This document shows positions 1-13,809 of a stretch of 64,000 nt of DNA, piece after piece. The notes below the pieces were generated by a model that was not told where the DNA came from, ran no database searches, and saw only the letters and a list, made by a program, of their open reading frames with translations. The DNA comes from Isurus oxyrinchus (lineage: Eukaryota), in contig JANJGN010000026.1 in assembly GCA_026770705.1 (NCBI GenBank), positions 38,316,001-38,380,000 on the forward strand, given 5' to 3'. How positions within the stretch are numbered: position 1 is the stretch's first letter; each line of letters opens with the position of its first letter. The position numbers and the translations under genes were made by a program.

Positions 1-3000
1 CACATCACCAGGCCCTGTCTCAGTTTATGTTACTTCAGACCATGGATCAGTAATTACTGCACAAGAGCCTGTCTCAGTTTATATTAATCAAGACCCTGTT
101 TCAGTAATCACTGCACTTGTCTCTGTTCTGGTTATTATAATCTGCACCCTGACTCTATAATCACTGCACTTGGCCCTCTCTCAGTTTCTGTTAACCTAGA
201 CCCTGTATCAGTAATCACTGCAGTAGGCCCTGCCTCAATTTATATTTATCTTGGCTCTGTATCAGTAATCACTGCCTTGGGCATTGTCTGAGTTTATATT
301 GATTGAGACCCTGTATCAATAATTACTGCACAAGAACCTGTCTCAGTTTATATTAAGCTAGATCCTGTGTCTGTAATCACTGCACTAGAGCATGCCTCAG
401 TTTTTATAAATCTAGATCCTGTATCAGTAATCAGTGCACTCGGCATTGTCTGAGTTTATATTGATTGAGACCCTGTATCAATAATTACTGCACAAGAACC
501 TGTCTCAGTTTATATTAAGCTAGATCCTGTGCTTGTAATCACTACACTAGAGCATGCCTCAGTTTACATTAATCTGGATCCTGTATCAGTAATCACCGCC
601 CTCAACATTGTCTGAGTTATGCTGATTGAGACCCTGTATCAATAATTACTGCACAAGAACCTGTCTCAGTTTATATTAAGCTAGATCCTGTGTCTGTAAT
701 CACTGCATGAGAACATACCTCAGTTTTTATAAATCTAGATCCTGTATCAGTAATCAGTGCACTCGGCATTGTCTGAGTTTATATTGATTGAAACCCTGTA
801 TCAGTAAACACTGGACTAGACCCTGTCTCAGTTTATATTAATTTAGATCCTGTATCAGTAATGACTGCACTAGGCCCTGACTCAGTTTATATTAAACCAG
901 GCCCTGTATCAGTAATCACAGCACATGGACCGATCTCAGTTTATATTGATCTGGACACTGTATTAGTTATCAATGCACTAGACCTTGCCTCAGTTTATAT
1001 TAATCCAGGCTCTGTGTCAGTAATCACTGCTCTGGACATTGTCTGAGTTAATATTGATTCAGACCATGTGTCAGTAATCACTGCACTGGGCCCTGTCTCA
1101 GTTTATATTGATCCTGATTCTATATCGGTAAGCATCACACCAGACCATGTCTCAATTTAGATTAATCTCGATCCTGTATCAGTAATCCCTGCACTGCCCT
1201 GCCTCAGTTTATATCAATCAAGACCCTGTATCAGTAATCTCTGCACTAGGCCCTGTCTCAGTTTATATTAGTCCAGAGCCTCTATCAGTAATCACTGCAC
1301 TAGGCCCTTTCTCCATTGGTATTGATCTAGATCTTGAATCAGTAATCACTGCAAAGGACACTGTCTCAGTTTATATTGATCCAGATCCCATATCGTTAAT
1401 CACTGCACTAGCCCTTGTCCTGGCTTATATTTATCTAGGCCCTGTCTCAGTTTATATTAAATCTGTACCCTGTATCAGCAATCACTGCACTATGCCCTGC
1501 CTCAGTTTTTTTTAAAATCAGTCTAGACCCTGTATCAGTAATCACTGCACTAGGCCCTATCGAAGTTTATATTAATTTAGCCCCTGCAGCAGTAATCACT
1601 GCCCGAGCCCCTGTCCCAGTTATATTTATCTGGGCCCTGTGTCAGTGAACAGTGCACCAGGCCCTGTCTCAGGTTATGTTATTTCAGACCAAGCATCAGC
1701 GATTACTGTACAAGAGCCTGACTCAGTTTATATTAATCAAGGCCCTGTTTCAGTAATCACTGCTCTCGTCCCTGTTCTGATTATAATAATCTGCACCCTG
1801 AATCTATAATCACTGCACTTTGCCTTCTCTCAGTTGCTATTAACCTGGACCCTGCATCAGTAATCAAGTTAATATGTCCTGTCTTAGTTTATATCAATCT
1901 AGACCCTAAATCAGTAATTGCTGCACTAGGCTATGCCTCAGTCCATATTAATCTGGACCATGTATCAGGAATCACTGCACTAGACACGATCTTAATTTTA
2001 TATTTATCAAGACCTTGGATCAGTGATCACTGCACTAGACACTGTCTCATGTTATATTAATCCAGACCCTGCATCATTAATCACTGCACTGGACCTTATC
2101 TCAGTTTATACTGATGTACGTTCTGTAACCGTAATTACTTCAAAGGACACTGTCTCAGTTTATATTGATCCTCATCCTATATCATTAATCACTGCACTAG
2201 CCCCTGACCTAGTTTATATTAGTATCGTCCCTGTGTCAGTAATCACAGCACTAGGCCCTGACTTAGTTTATATCAACCTAGATCTTCTATTAGTAATCAC
2301 TGCACTAGGCCCTGTCTCAGTTTACGTTGATCTAGACCCTGAATAAGTAATCACTGCACTATGGCCTGCCTCAGTTCATATTAATCTGTGCCTAAATCAG
2401 TAATCGCTGCACTAGGCCCTGCCTCAGTTTACGTTGATCTAGACCCTGAATAAGTAATGACTGCACTATGGCCTGCCTCAGTTCATATTAATCTGTGCCT
2501 AAATCAGTAATCGCTGCACTAGGCCCTGCCTCAGTTCATATTAATTTAGGCCACGAATCAGTAATCATTGCAATGGGCACTGCCTCAGTTTATACTGATC
2601 CTGATCCTGTATCATTAATCACTGCACTAGCCTCTATCCTGCTTTATATTTACCTTGGCCCTGTATCAGTAATCACTGCACTAGGCTCTGTCACAGTTTA
2701 TATTAATCTAGACGCTGTATCAGTAATCTCTGCACTATGCCCTGCCTCAGTCTTTATCATCTGGACCCTGCATCAGTCATGATTGCACTAGGCTCTGTCT
2801 CAGTTTATATTGATTCAGACACTGTATCAGTAATCATTGCACTAGCCACTGTCCTCATTTTTATTTATCTAGGCCCTGCATCAGTAATCGCTGCACTATG
2901 GCCTGCCTCAGCTTATATCAATCCATATTCTGTATAAGTTACCACTTCGCTCGACCCTGTCTCAGTTTATATTAGTCCACAACCTGTGTCAATAATGACA

Positions 3001-3649
3001 GAGCTAGAAAATGCCTCAGTTTATGAGTCCAGATCCTGTATCAGTAATCACTGCAATGGCCCCCATCCCAGTACATATTTATATAGACCCTGGATCAGTA
3101 ATCACTGCACTAGCCCCTGTCTCTGTTTATATTGATCTAGACCCTGTGTCAGTATTCACTGTACTAGACCCAGCATCAGTTTATATCAATCTAAACCCTC
3201 TATCAGTAATCACTGCACTTGGCCTGTCTCAAGTTCTATTAATCCAGACCCTGTATTAGTAATCACTGCACTCGACCCTATCCCAGTTTATATTGATCTA
3301 GACCATGTATCATAATCAGTGCAATGGACACTGTCTCATTTTATATTAATCTAGGCCCTGTATCAGTAATCACTTCACTATGCCATGCCTCCATTTTTAT
3401 CAATCCATATCCTGTATCAGTAATCACTGCACTAGACCTTAACTCAGTTTATATTAGTCCAGAACCTGTATCAGTAATGACAGAACTCAATACCTCCATT
3501 TATTTTAGTCCAGACACTGTAACAGTGATCATTGCACTAGCCCCTGCCCCAGTTTATATTTATCTAGACCCTGTATCAATGATCACTGCACAATGCCCTG
3601 TTTCAGTTTACATCAAGCCAGAGCCTGTATCAGTAATCGCAGCACTATA

Positions 3650-4000
3650 ATAAAAGCAAAAAACTGTGGATGCTGGAAATCCAAAACAAAAATACCTAGA
3701 AAAACTCAGCAGGTCTGGCAGCATCTGGGGAGAGGAGCACAGTTAACATTTCGAGTCCGCATGACTCTTCAACAAACTAAGGAAAAATAGAAAAGGGGTG
3801 AAATATGTCTTATTAGCTTATATCCCACCACCACCACCGCACCCCCCCCCCCAACTTAAACCAGCTTATATTTCACCCCTTTTCTATTTTTCCTTAGTTC
3901 TGTTGAAGAGTCATCTGGACTTGAAATGTTAACTGTGTTCCTCTCCCACAGATGCTGCCAGACCTGCTGAGTTCTTCTAGGTAATTTTGTTTTTGTTATT
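3650..4000. mobile_element. Short fold-back Penelope-derived element (inverted pseudo-LTR pair)
   Basis: ~3686-3806 is the reverse complement of ~3868-3997. Direct repeat GCAGCACTATA at 3639-3649 and 4001-4011 (TSD). Confidence 0.8.
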
Positions 4001-4682
4001 GCAGCACTATACCTTGTCTCAGTTTATATTAATCAAGACCCTGTATCAGTAATCACTCTACTGGACACTGCCTCCGTTTAAATTGATCTAGATCATGTAT
4101 CAGTAATCACTGCACTTGGTCTTGTCTCAGTTTATGTTAGTCTAGATCCTTTATGAGTAATCATTGCACTAGCCCCTGCATCAGTTTATATCAACCTAGA
4201 CCCGGTAACAGTAATCACAGCACTTGGCCGCATCTCAAGTTTAATTAATCTAGACCCTGTATCAATAATCACTGCACTGGACATTGTCCTAGTTTATTTT
4301 TTATCTCAGCCCGCTATGAGTAATCACTGCACTATGGCTTGCCTCAATGTGTATCAACCTTGACCCTGTATCTGTAATCACTGCACAGGGCATTGAGTGA
4401 ATTTATATTGATCAAGATCCTGTATCTATAAACACTGGACTAGACCCTGTCCCAGTTTATATTAATCTAAATCCTGTGTCTGTAATCACTGCACTCAAGC
4501 ATGTCTCAGTTCATATTAATCTAGATCCTGTATCAGTTATCATTGCACATGAGCCTGTCTCAGTTTACATTAATCTAGACACTATATCAGTAAGCATTGC
4601 ACTAGGCCCTGTCTCAGTTCATGCTAATCTAGACCCTCCATTAGCAATTGCTGCACTAGGCACTGTCTCAGTTTATATCAAT

Positions 4683-5994
4683 CTGGATAAAAGCAAAATA
4701 GTGTGGATGCTGGAACTCTGAAAGTAAAGCATAAAATGCTGGGACATCGCAGCAGGTCTGACAGCACCTGTGGTGAGAGAAGCAGAGATAACTTTCTGAG
4801 ATCGTATGACCTTCCTCAGAGCTAAAGAGAAGTCAAAATGTGATGACATTTGCTGTTTAAGCGGGGTGGAGCAGGTCAGGCTGGATAGAAGACAAGCAAT
4901 AGGTAGGAGTAAGGTGACACTGACAAACATATCATAGGCAAACAGAAAAAGGGAGTGTTAATGGCAGTAGTAAGGCTAAAGTAGGTGCTAAAGAGTCATA
5001 AAGGTAAGAAAGCAGAATGTGTTAACAGCAGAGCCAGAATCAACACACTGTGAAAGAACAACATGGGATAAGTAACTGATGGCCCTTTTGGGGGTGTGGT
5101 AGGGGTGGTTGGGGAAAAACGGTATAAAAAGGAATGAAAAAGGGGATTAAAAGAGGATAAAACAATGAATAAATAAATAAGGCTGTAAAGTGCATTATCG
5201 GAAGATGAGTTTCTGTTCCTCCAGTTTGCGTTGGGCTTCACTGGGGCAATGCAGCAGGTCAAAGAGGGACATGTGGGTATCAGAGAAGGATGGTGTGTTG
5301 AAATTGCAAGTGACAGGAAGGACTAGGACATGCTTGCAGATAGACCGAAGGTGTTCCACAAAGCAGCCTGTCAGTCTGTGTTTGGTGTCCCCAATCTAGA
5401 GGAGACTGCATTGGGAGCATCGAATGCAGTCGACCAAATTGAAGGAGGTGCAATGAAGCGGTGCTTCACCTGAAAGGAGTACTTGGGCCCTTGGATGGTG
5501 AGGAGGGAGGAGGTAAATGGGCAGGTGTTGCATCTTCTCTGATTGCTTGGAAAGGTGCTATGGGAAGGGATGAGGTGTTGCGGATGATGCAGGAGTGGAC
5601 CAGGGTGTCTCGGAGGGAACGGTCCCTGTGGAATGCTGACAGGGGTGGGGGTGGAGTGGTGAGGGGAAGGTGGGTTTGGTGGTGGCATCATGTTGGAGTT
5701 AGCGGAAAAGTCGGAGGATGATCCTTTGAATGCTGGGGTGGTGGGATGAAACGTGAGGAAAAGGGGGACCCTATCATGATTCTGGGAGAGAGAGGAATGT
5801 GTGAAAGCAGAGACGCGGGAGATGGGTCGGACACGGTTGAGGGCCCTGTCAACCACAGTGGGTAGGTAACCTTGGTTAAGGAATAAGAAAGGCATGTCAG
5901 AAGCATCATTTTGGATAGTGGCATCATCGGAACAGATGTGAAGGAGGTGAACGAACTAAGAGAATGGAATGGCGTTTTTCCAGCATTTTCTGTT
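4683..5994 (-). mobile_element. 5'-truncated Penelope-like retroelement (GIY-YIG region plus pseudo-LTR)
   Basis: Minus-strand ORF 5371-5895 (FLNQGY..DRVPLFLTFHP..RRCNTCP..IQGPKYSFQVKHRF) matches the Penelope RT-endonuclease linker. TSD-like TTTATATCAAT at 4672-4682 and 5995-6005. Confidence 0.85.
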
Positions 5995-6300
5995 TTTATA
6001 TCAATTTAGACCCTGTATCAGTAATTACTGCATTGGACCCTTCCTCCGTTGACACTAACCTCTGCCCTGTATATGTAATCACTTCACTAGGCCCTGTCTC
6101 AGTTTATATCAATCTAAATCCTGTATCAGGAATCACTGCACTGGACCCTGCCTCAGTTTATGTCAATCGAGGCCCTGTTTTAATAATTCTTATACATCCC
6201 CTGTTCAATTTATTTCACGCCCTCAATTGTAACTGTAAACGCCAGATTACATTTTGCTTAAGTTATTGTTGTACAGGTGAACGTCACTGTTAACAGTACA

Positions 6301-6452
6301 AAAACAGAATTAACTGGAAAAACTCAGCAGGTCTGGCAGCATCGGTGGAGAAGAAAAGAGTTGACGTTTCGAGTCCTCATGACCCTTCAACAGAACTCTG
6401 GTAATTCGGTTTTTGTTTTGGATTTCCAGCATCCGCAGTTTTTTTGTTTTTA
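6301..6452. mobile_element. Short Penelope pseudo-LTR element with inverted end
   Basis: Same sequence family as 17090 and 11712. Flanked by TCACTGTTAA(C/T)AGTACA at 6284-6300 and 6453-6469. Confidence 0.85.
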
Positions 6453-6784
6453 TCACTGTTAATAGTACAATGGACCTTATCTTGTTTATTATTGCAGCCG
6501 TCCATATCTCTACTTGTGTTGAAATTGGTCCTTTCCCAGTTATCACTACACCTGACGCTGCTGCTGTTTATATCATGCATATCATGCGCCAGTTGTTACT
6601 ACATTAGGCCGTGCTTCTGTGGACACTCCAATTAACCCTTATCCAGTTCGCACTGTAGTACAACCATGTTTTAATTTATATTTCACTGCAAATTGTGTTT
6701 TGTTGTTTTACACTGAACCATGCTTCAGTTCTCACTGCCCTTGACTTGCTGAACTTGTCTCACTGATGACTGTACCAGACCATA

Positions 6785-7430
6785 CGAACACACGAGCATA
6801 CGAACAAGGAGCATGAGTAGGCCATTCAGCCCCTCGAGCTTGCTCCACCATTTCATAATATCATGGCTGATCTGACAGTAACATGAAATCTGCATCCTGC
6901 CGACCCCCGATAACTTATCACCCCCTTGCTACCAAGAATCTATCCACCTCTGCCTCAAGGCTCTGCTTCCACTGCCTTTTTATGGAGAGAGTCCCAAAGA
7001 TTCATGACCCTGAGAGTGAAAATATTCACTTCATCTCCGTTTTACATGGCTGACACCTTATTTTTAAACAGTGACCCCAATTCCAGATTCTCCCACAAGA
7101 GGAAACATCCTCTTCACATCCACCCTGTCAAGACCCCTCAGGATATTATATGTTTCAGTGAAATCACCTTTTACTCTTCTAAACCCCAGAAGACAAGCCT
7201 AGCCTGTCAAACCATTCCTCATTAGACAACCCACCCATTCCAAGTATTAGTCTAATAAACCTTCTCTGAACCTCTTACAACACATTTACATCGTTCCTTA
7301 AATAAGGTGACTAATACAGTAGACAGTACACGAAACATGATCTCACTGGTGCCCTGTATAGCTGAAGCATAACTTCCGTACATTTGTATTCAATTCTTCT
7401 CACAATAAATTATAACATTCTATTAGTTTT
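6785..7430 (-). mobile_element. CR1-type LINE, 3' fragment
   Basis: Begins ...GAGTAGGCCATTCAGCCCCTCGAG, the reverse complement of a CR1 3'UTR, followed by degenerate RT C-terminal sequence. Confidence 0.75.
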
Positions 7431-7714
7431 CACAATTACTTACCATTTCTCCTTTTATCTTTCTCTCAGCATTGTATCTGTGTATATAATGCTATCTGCA
7501 GTTTAACTTATTAATGCACTGGACCATGCCTCTATATACACTACAATTGACCTTTTCTCTGTTATTACTGCACTAGACTATTTCTCTATCTCTATTACAT
7601 TATATGATGCTTTGTTTATTAATGCACATAGCCGTGCCTCTATATATACTGCAAGTGGCAATTCCTGAGCTGCTGTTGCATTGTACAAAGTCTCCGTTTG
7701 TATTTTATTAGGAT

Positions 7715-8872
7715 TTATCTGACAACCAAATTGTGAGAAAAGCTATAGCTCATGGAATAAAAGGGACAGAAGCAATGTGGTTACAAAGTTAGCTGAAAAA
7801 AAGGAAGCAGGGAGTAATGGTCAATTGATGTTTTTCGGGCTGGAGGAAGGTTTGTAGTGCAGTTCCCCAGGGGTCGGTATTGGGACCCTTGCTTTTCCTG
7901 ATATATATTAACCATCTAGGCCTTGGTGTGCAGGGGACAATTTGAAAGTTTGCGGATGATACAAAGCTTGGGACTGTTGCAAACTGCCAGGGGAATGGTG
8001 TGGAACTTCAAGAGGACACAGACAAGTTGGTGGATTGGGCAGATAGGTGGCAGATGAAATTCAATGTGGAGAAGTGTGAGGTGATGCATTTTGGTAAGAG
8101 GAACATGGACAGGCAAAACAAATAAGGGGTGGAGTTTTGAAAGAAGTGTAGGAGCAGAAAGACTTGGGTGTAGATATGCAGAGATCATTGAAAGTGGCAG
8201 GACAGGTGGAGAGAACAGTTAATAAAGCATATAGTATCCTGCGCTCTATTAATGGGGGCATAGAGTACACGAGCAGGGAGGTTCTGCTGAATTTATATCG
8301 ATAGACCTCAGCTGGAATATTGTGTGCCGTCCTTGGTACGATATCAAAGGAAGGATGTGAAGATATTGGAGAGAGTGCTGAAGAGGTTTAGAAGAATGTA
8401 CCCAGGGATGAGAAATTTCAGTTATGAGGGGAGATTGGAGAAGCTGGGATTGTGTTCCACGGAGAGGAGAAGGCTGAGAGGAGATTTGATTGAAGTATTC
8501 AAAATCATGCGTGGGCTGGACAGAGTAGAGAGGAAGAAACTGTTCCCATCCGTAAAAGGATAAAGAACGAGAGGGCACAGGTTTAAAGTGGTTTGCAAAA
8601 GAAGCAAATGTGACGTGAGAACTTATTTTTTCACATAGCGAGTGGTTCAGCCTGGAATACACTGACTGGAAGTGTGAGGAAGGCAGGTTCAACTGAGGCA
8701 TTCAAAAGGGCGTTAAATGATTATTTGAATAGAAACAAAGTGCTAGGGTGCGGGGAAAAGCCAGGGCAATGGCACTATGTCAGAATGCTCATTTGGAGGT
8801 CCGATGCAGACAAGTTGGGCTGAATGGCCTCCTTCTGTGCCATTAAAGTTCTGTGATTCTATGATTCTGTGA
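7715..8872 (+). mobile_element. CR1-type LINE, 3' portion (RT C-terminus and 3' tail)
   Basis: [41 protein letters not shown] motifs. 3' tail TTCTGTGA/TTCTATGA repeats at ~8849-8872. Confidence 0.92.
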
Positions 8873-9472
8873 TATTACTGTTTTAGGCTGTTTCATTCAT
8901 TACTGTACTCTTCTATGTCTCACCTTATGTTATAAAGCTCCAATCCCATTTATTAATACACGAGACTACGTCTCAGTTATTACTTCACTATAAAAAGCCT
9001 CTGATAACTGTACAGAGGTGGAGAGAGAGCCAGGTGAACAGGTGAGTATTAATTTTTAAAATGTCATAATATCCTCTGGGTCAAAAGGTTTTGAAAGAAT
9101 ACATTTAGTCTTGATGCTAACTATTAGGCGTTGTATGCAATTTCTAATTGCTCTAGTGTGATGTGTGTACTGTTTGTGCTGAAAGGTTGGGCTGAATCTT
9201 GTAACATTCCCTTCATCAATGAGGTTGAGGATTAGAAACAAAGATGAACCACATTGCACTGCACATTGCACAACTTAGTCACAAACTGCATTGTGTTGGA
9301 GATGACTGATTCATACTTGACTTTATCAATGACAATTGCTCACAGGTTTCTATAATTTACAGATATTTTTCCTTCTTTCAACAGGAATGTCTGTTTGCTT
9401 TTGCCGTGGTCACTGATTGTGAGAGACAAGATCTGAAGGCGAATGAGCGGCAGCAGGCTCCTAATAACCAAT

Positions 9473-9600
9473 NNNNNNNNNNNNNNNNNNNNNNNNNNNN
9501 NNNNNNNNNNNNNNNNNNNNNNNNNNNNNNNNNNNNNNNNNNNNNNNNNNNNNNNNNNNNNNNNNNNNNNNNNNNNNNNNNNNNNNNNNNNNNNNNNNNN
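9473..9600. other. Assembly gap (N run)
   Basis: Run of N; (GT)n-like tract immediately after. Confidence 1.
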
Positions 9601-11711
9601 GCTGAGCATGCGCGTGTGCCTGTGCGTGTGTGTGTGTGAGTGTGAATGTGTGCGGGTACATCTAGAACATATCATGCTTCATTGCTTTCAAAAGACATTA
9701 TAATTATTTTTCAGCAAGTTATGATAGTTTATTGAGAATATATCTATATGCTGCCTATGCTGCCATTAATATTTATCGGTAATGCATTGTCTTGAGTGCA
9801 CTGGAAAGTAATGTCAAGCTGGCCATTCCATTATCATGGTAAATACATCTTTGAAATGACTCACTGAACTTCTTCCCTCTCTTCCTCTGTCTCAGAATAC
9901 ACCTAAATCAGTTAACCTCTCTTCTCTCTCTCAGACTTCACTTAACTCACTTGCACAGACTCACAAGAGCCGGATCTGGCAGCTTCGAAGAACCAATGTT
10001 TAAATCTTTTGCTTAAGGCACATTATCACTGAAAAATATTAAGTGTCAAAACCTCATCAGAGGAAAATTCAGTGCCATAAAGACATCAGCTCACTCACTT
10101 AACTGCTCTCCTCTCTTTCTCTGAGGCAGCACCAAACCCTCTTAAAACTTTCCATTTTAGAATAACCCCCTGTGAGCGGTTTTATTGTTTTAATTTCCCC
10201 TCTTTTCTCCCAGTGATAACATTCAGTCAATCTCGCCTTCAGTTAATAAGTTATAACCAAAATAACCTCGTTTATTTAATTCTTTAAATTGGGAATGGAG
10301 GTGAATGTAATGCTGAGGCCGACAGCAATCTGTGTGGTTGTTCTTGATGCTGTCAGAGTGAGTTCACCGTCACAGGCAGGAAGACTGTTCACGGTGATAA
10401 CATGAAACTGACGCCTGCTGTTTCATTCTCAGGTAGCACAACTTCCTGTTTCTCTGCTGCCGGTTCCAAACCGCACATCTCACTTCTGAGCAGAAAATAA
10501 ATCCAGGGGCCACAATCTGGTGAGAACATCTGTCAAGGCGGCCTATTTCTGGCCACAGAGTCGGGGCAGAGTCACACAGATCACATTGCGGTGACACTTA
10601 CAAATGAGCCTGTGTGATCCGTTTAGAGCTTCCATTTCCAGGACATAACTGGATTGTCAGTCACTGAGCTCCCTGGAGTCCCTAAAACGGGGAAATGAGA
10701 TCTTGCTACCTTTCATTTTTCGTTGTCATGCTCCACCACCCGCGCCCACTCTAACTCCTCCTCCACACCCCACTAACACCGCTCCCCCACCCCTCCGCTA
10801 CCCGCTAGGCACACACACTTTCCCTCCAAACTTGTTTCCTCTGTTTCTCTGCAACATTCCGTCTCCCTTTGTCATTTTAAGTCTCCTTTCCTAGTTTTAT
10901 CTCTGTTTATTTCTCTAGTGTATCTCTCTCCACCTCTCTGTGTCTATTAAATAGAAGCGTTCAAAATCATGAAAGTTACGATATTGTGAATAAAGAGAGA
11001 CTATTTCAACTGTAGGAGGGTCAGTAACCAGCGGACGCTAATTTACTTTTTTGAACAGGAAGGCAGGAGGATAATTGTTTATTTTTTTTTAACACGGCGA
11101 GCTGTTCTGAACTGGAAACACAACTCGAAAGGGTGATGGAATCAGGTTAATAGTAACTTAGTAAAATGAATTCTATAAATACTTAAAGGGGTTAAAATTT
11201 GAAGGATTACAGGGAATGGGACAAACTGTAATGCTCATCTATATCGTTGTCCCAGCAGCTTTCCTGTATCTACTTCTGTCCCTCATTGAGCCCAAATAAA
11301 ATGCAATAATTACACAGCTTTCGTCTTCTGTTAATCCTGTCTTTTGACAGCGCTTGAGTGTGTCGATAATTGCCAGGAATCATTCAGAAGTTCACCACTG
11401 TTTACAAATCTCTACATTGTACAAAATAATAACACTGAATAGAGCTCGTTTAGTAGAATGCACGATTATCTTTAACATTTTCGGCTCTGATTTTTCCTCT
11501 GGTGAGGTTTCGGTGTTTAATCTTTTCAGTCATCATGTGCCTCAAGCTGAAGATTTAAACATTGGTTTCTACAAGCTGCCGGGTCCGGCCCTTGCGTGTC
11601 TGTGTAAATGAAGAACTGTCGGTAAGAATGAGAAGGAGTAGATTATTTTCTATTCCTCTGACAGATGCAGCATTGACCCCTCAGATATCAGAAATCTCTG
11701 GAGTCCCATAA

Positions 11712-11813
11712 ATCAAGTTCTGTCGAAGGGTCATGAGGACTCGAAACGTCAACTCTTTTCTTCTCCGCCGATGCTGCCAGACCTGCTGAGTTTTTCCAGG
11801 TAATTCTGTTTTT
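11712..11813 (+). mobile_element. Penelope pseudo-LTR fragment with hammerhead-like motif
   Basis: AGTT-CTGTCGA-AGGGTCATGAGGACTC-GAAACGTC-AACT; near-identical to copies at 17090 and 53260. Confidence 0.8.
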
Positions 11814-13074
11814 ATTATTGTCCTCCCCTTGGGTATAACATCTCTTAGTCAGGTGGAGTCAGTCACACAGGCCTATGTCATGATGTTTCCGCTCCGTTTT
11901 TACCTCACAAATCCCTGGGTCACTCACTATAACACAGAAGCTTGCGCTAAGGCCCTAAACGTCATTGCTTCCTCACACTTTCACACCCTATTACGATCAG
12001 ATGTTTATCAGACCCCCTGCCTCTCTTAATGGAAGCAGCAGCCTCTGTTATTGTTACACTGGAGCCGGCCTGTGTGATTAGTATTGGATCAGGCCCCAGT
12101 CTGGCCCGGGCCCGGCAGTCAGAATTCCCTTTGCAAATCCAAGGAGGGAGATGTTGTTTGTATTTTTGGAGAGGGCGGGAAGGTCAAAGCAGCAACAATG
12201 TCCCAGGAACCCGTCCTTTGCTGGATGGAGAAACTGTCTAGAGTTTCTCTGTCTTTAATTCCTCCTCCTGAGTGTAAGAAAATAATGGATAAAAGAACAG
12301 AAAGGCAAATATAAAATTAATATAATATAAAATATATAATATATGATATTTTAAAACAAATATAAACTCTCACCGTGAGCACTGGTCAACTCTCTGGATT
12401 GAGGCTTCAACCCACAACCTTTTGACCCAGGGGTTAAGAGTGACGCTAATTCGACAATGTTGACATGATGTATCCGCAATTCCCATTGCATTAGTACAAC
12501 GGCAACACATGACAGATGCTACAAATCTAAAATAAAAACCGAATGTGCTGGGAATCCTCAACAGGTCAGACAGCAGGTGTCGATCCTGTTTGTTTTCCGG
12601 GTCGTCATATACTTTGCAGCCTTGTGGAAAGTATGGAGAGGCGAGAGGATTTTGTAAGCTAATTAAAAACCGGCGTTCTGTCACACCAACGCTCTTCCCG
12701 TTGTCAACGGAGCCTGGAGTTGAATCTGAAGCTCAAAAGCAGGAGGACCACCAACAGTACCATTCGGGAGTGCAGTGGCTGTGGAGAGAAGCAGTGTTAA
12801 AGTTTCTAATCGATGACCCCGGTTCTGCTGAAGGGTTATTGCCATGAAACGTTCACTCTGTTTATCGCCACAGATTCTGCCTGACCTGCAGGGTAATTTC
12901 AGAATGTTATGTTTTATTTGCTATTACACTAGACTGTGTCAGTGTTATTACACCAACTCCATCCCATTCATATTGCAGTGGTGCTTGACTCTGTTATTAT
13001 ACATTAGGCAGAAGATTTGCTATTGTATCAATTGACGTTGTCTCATGCACTATTATATCAAGCCCAACTTCGAT

Positions 13075-13809
13075 TTGGGTGGATCAGATGCTGACTCTGC
13101 CGTTATCACACTGGATCCAGTGAATATTCATTGGCGCAGTGCAACCTGCCATCCCCTGTTATCATCAAACATTGCATTTGTTAGACACAACTTCCCTGAT
13201 TTTAATCTGTTCCCTGTATCCTATCATTGTATAAAACGCTGTCTCTGTAATAGTTGTACTAAGAACAGACCTGCCACTGAAATTCACATGCAAACCTCTC
13301 TCATTATTTCTGAAAACCTTTGGGTGGATCAGATGCTGACTCTGCCGTTATCACACTGGATCCAGTGAATATTCATTGGCGCAGTGCAACCTGCCATCCC
13401 CTGTTATCATCAAACATTGCATTTGTTAGACACAACTTCCCTGATTTTAATCTGTTCCCTGTATCCTATCATTGTATAAAACGCTGTCTCTGTAATAGTT
13501 GTACTAAGAACAGACCTGCCACTGAAATTCACATGCAAACCTCTCTCATTATTTCTGAAAACCTTTGGGTGGATCAGATGCTGACTCTGCCGTTATCACA
13601 CTGGATCCAGTGAATATTCATTGGCGCAGTGCAACCTGCCATCCCCTGTTATCATCAAACATTGCATTTGTTAGACACAACTTCCCTGATTTTAATCTGT
13701 TCCCTGTATCCTATCATTGTATAAAACGCTGTCTCTGTAATAGTTGTACTAAGAACAGACCTGCCACTGAAATTCACATGCAAACCTCTCTCATTATTTC
13801 TGAAAACCT
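13075..13809 (+). repeat. Perfect tandem triplication of a 245-bp unit
   Basis: Copies start at 13075, 13320 and 13565 and give identical translated peptides in the ORF track. Confidence 0.97.

Larger units (their letters stand above)
1..6200 (+). repeat. Tandem satellite/minisatellite, 54-bp unit made of two related 27-bp subunits (GACCCTGTATCAGTAATCACTGCACTA / GGCCCTGTCTCAGTTTATATTAATCTA), interrupted by Penelope insertions
   Basis: Unit can be read repeatedly throughout. The ORFs here show a 9-aa period (DPVSVITAL/GPVSVYINL) with frequent stops. Local ~161-bp higher-order repeat at ~282-790. Degenerate continuation at ~6470-6780, 7430-7700 and 12920-14420. Confidence 0.95.

Noticed and set aside
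1-6200. CRISPR-like array
   Set aside because: No unique spacers, contiguous degenerate units, eukaryotic context and no cas genes.
861-6293. ORFs with DPVSVITAL/GPVSVYINL repeats as a repeat-protein gene
   Set aside because: They are translations of the 27-bp satellite with frequent stops and frameshifts and no gene structure.
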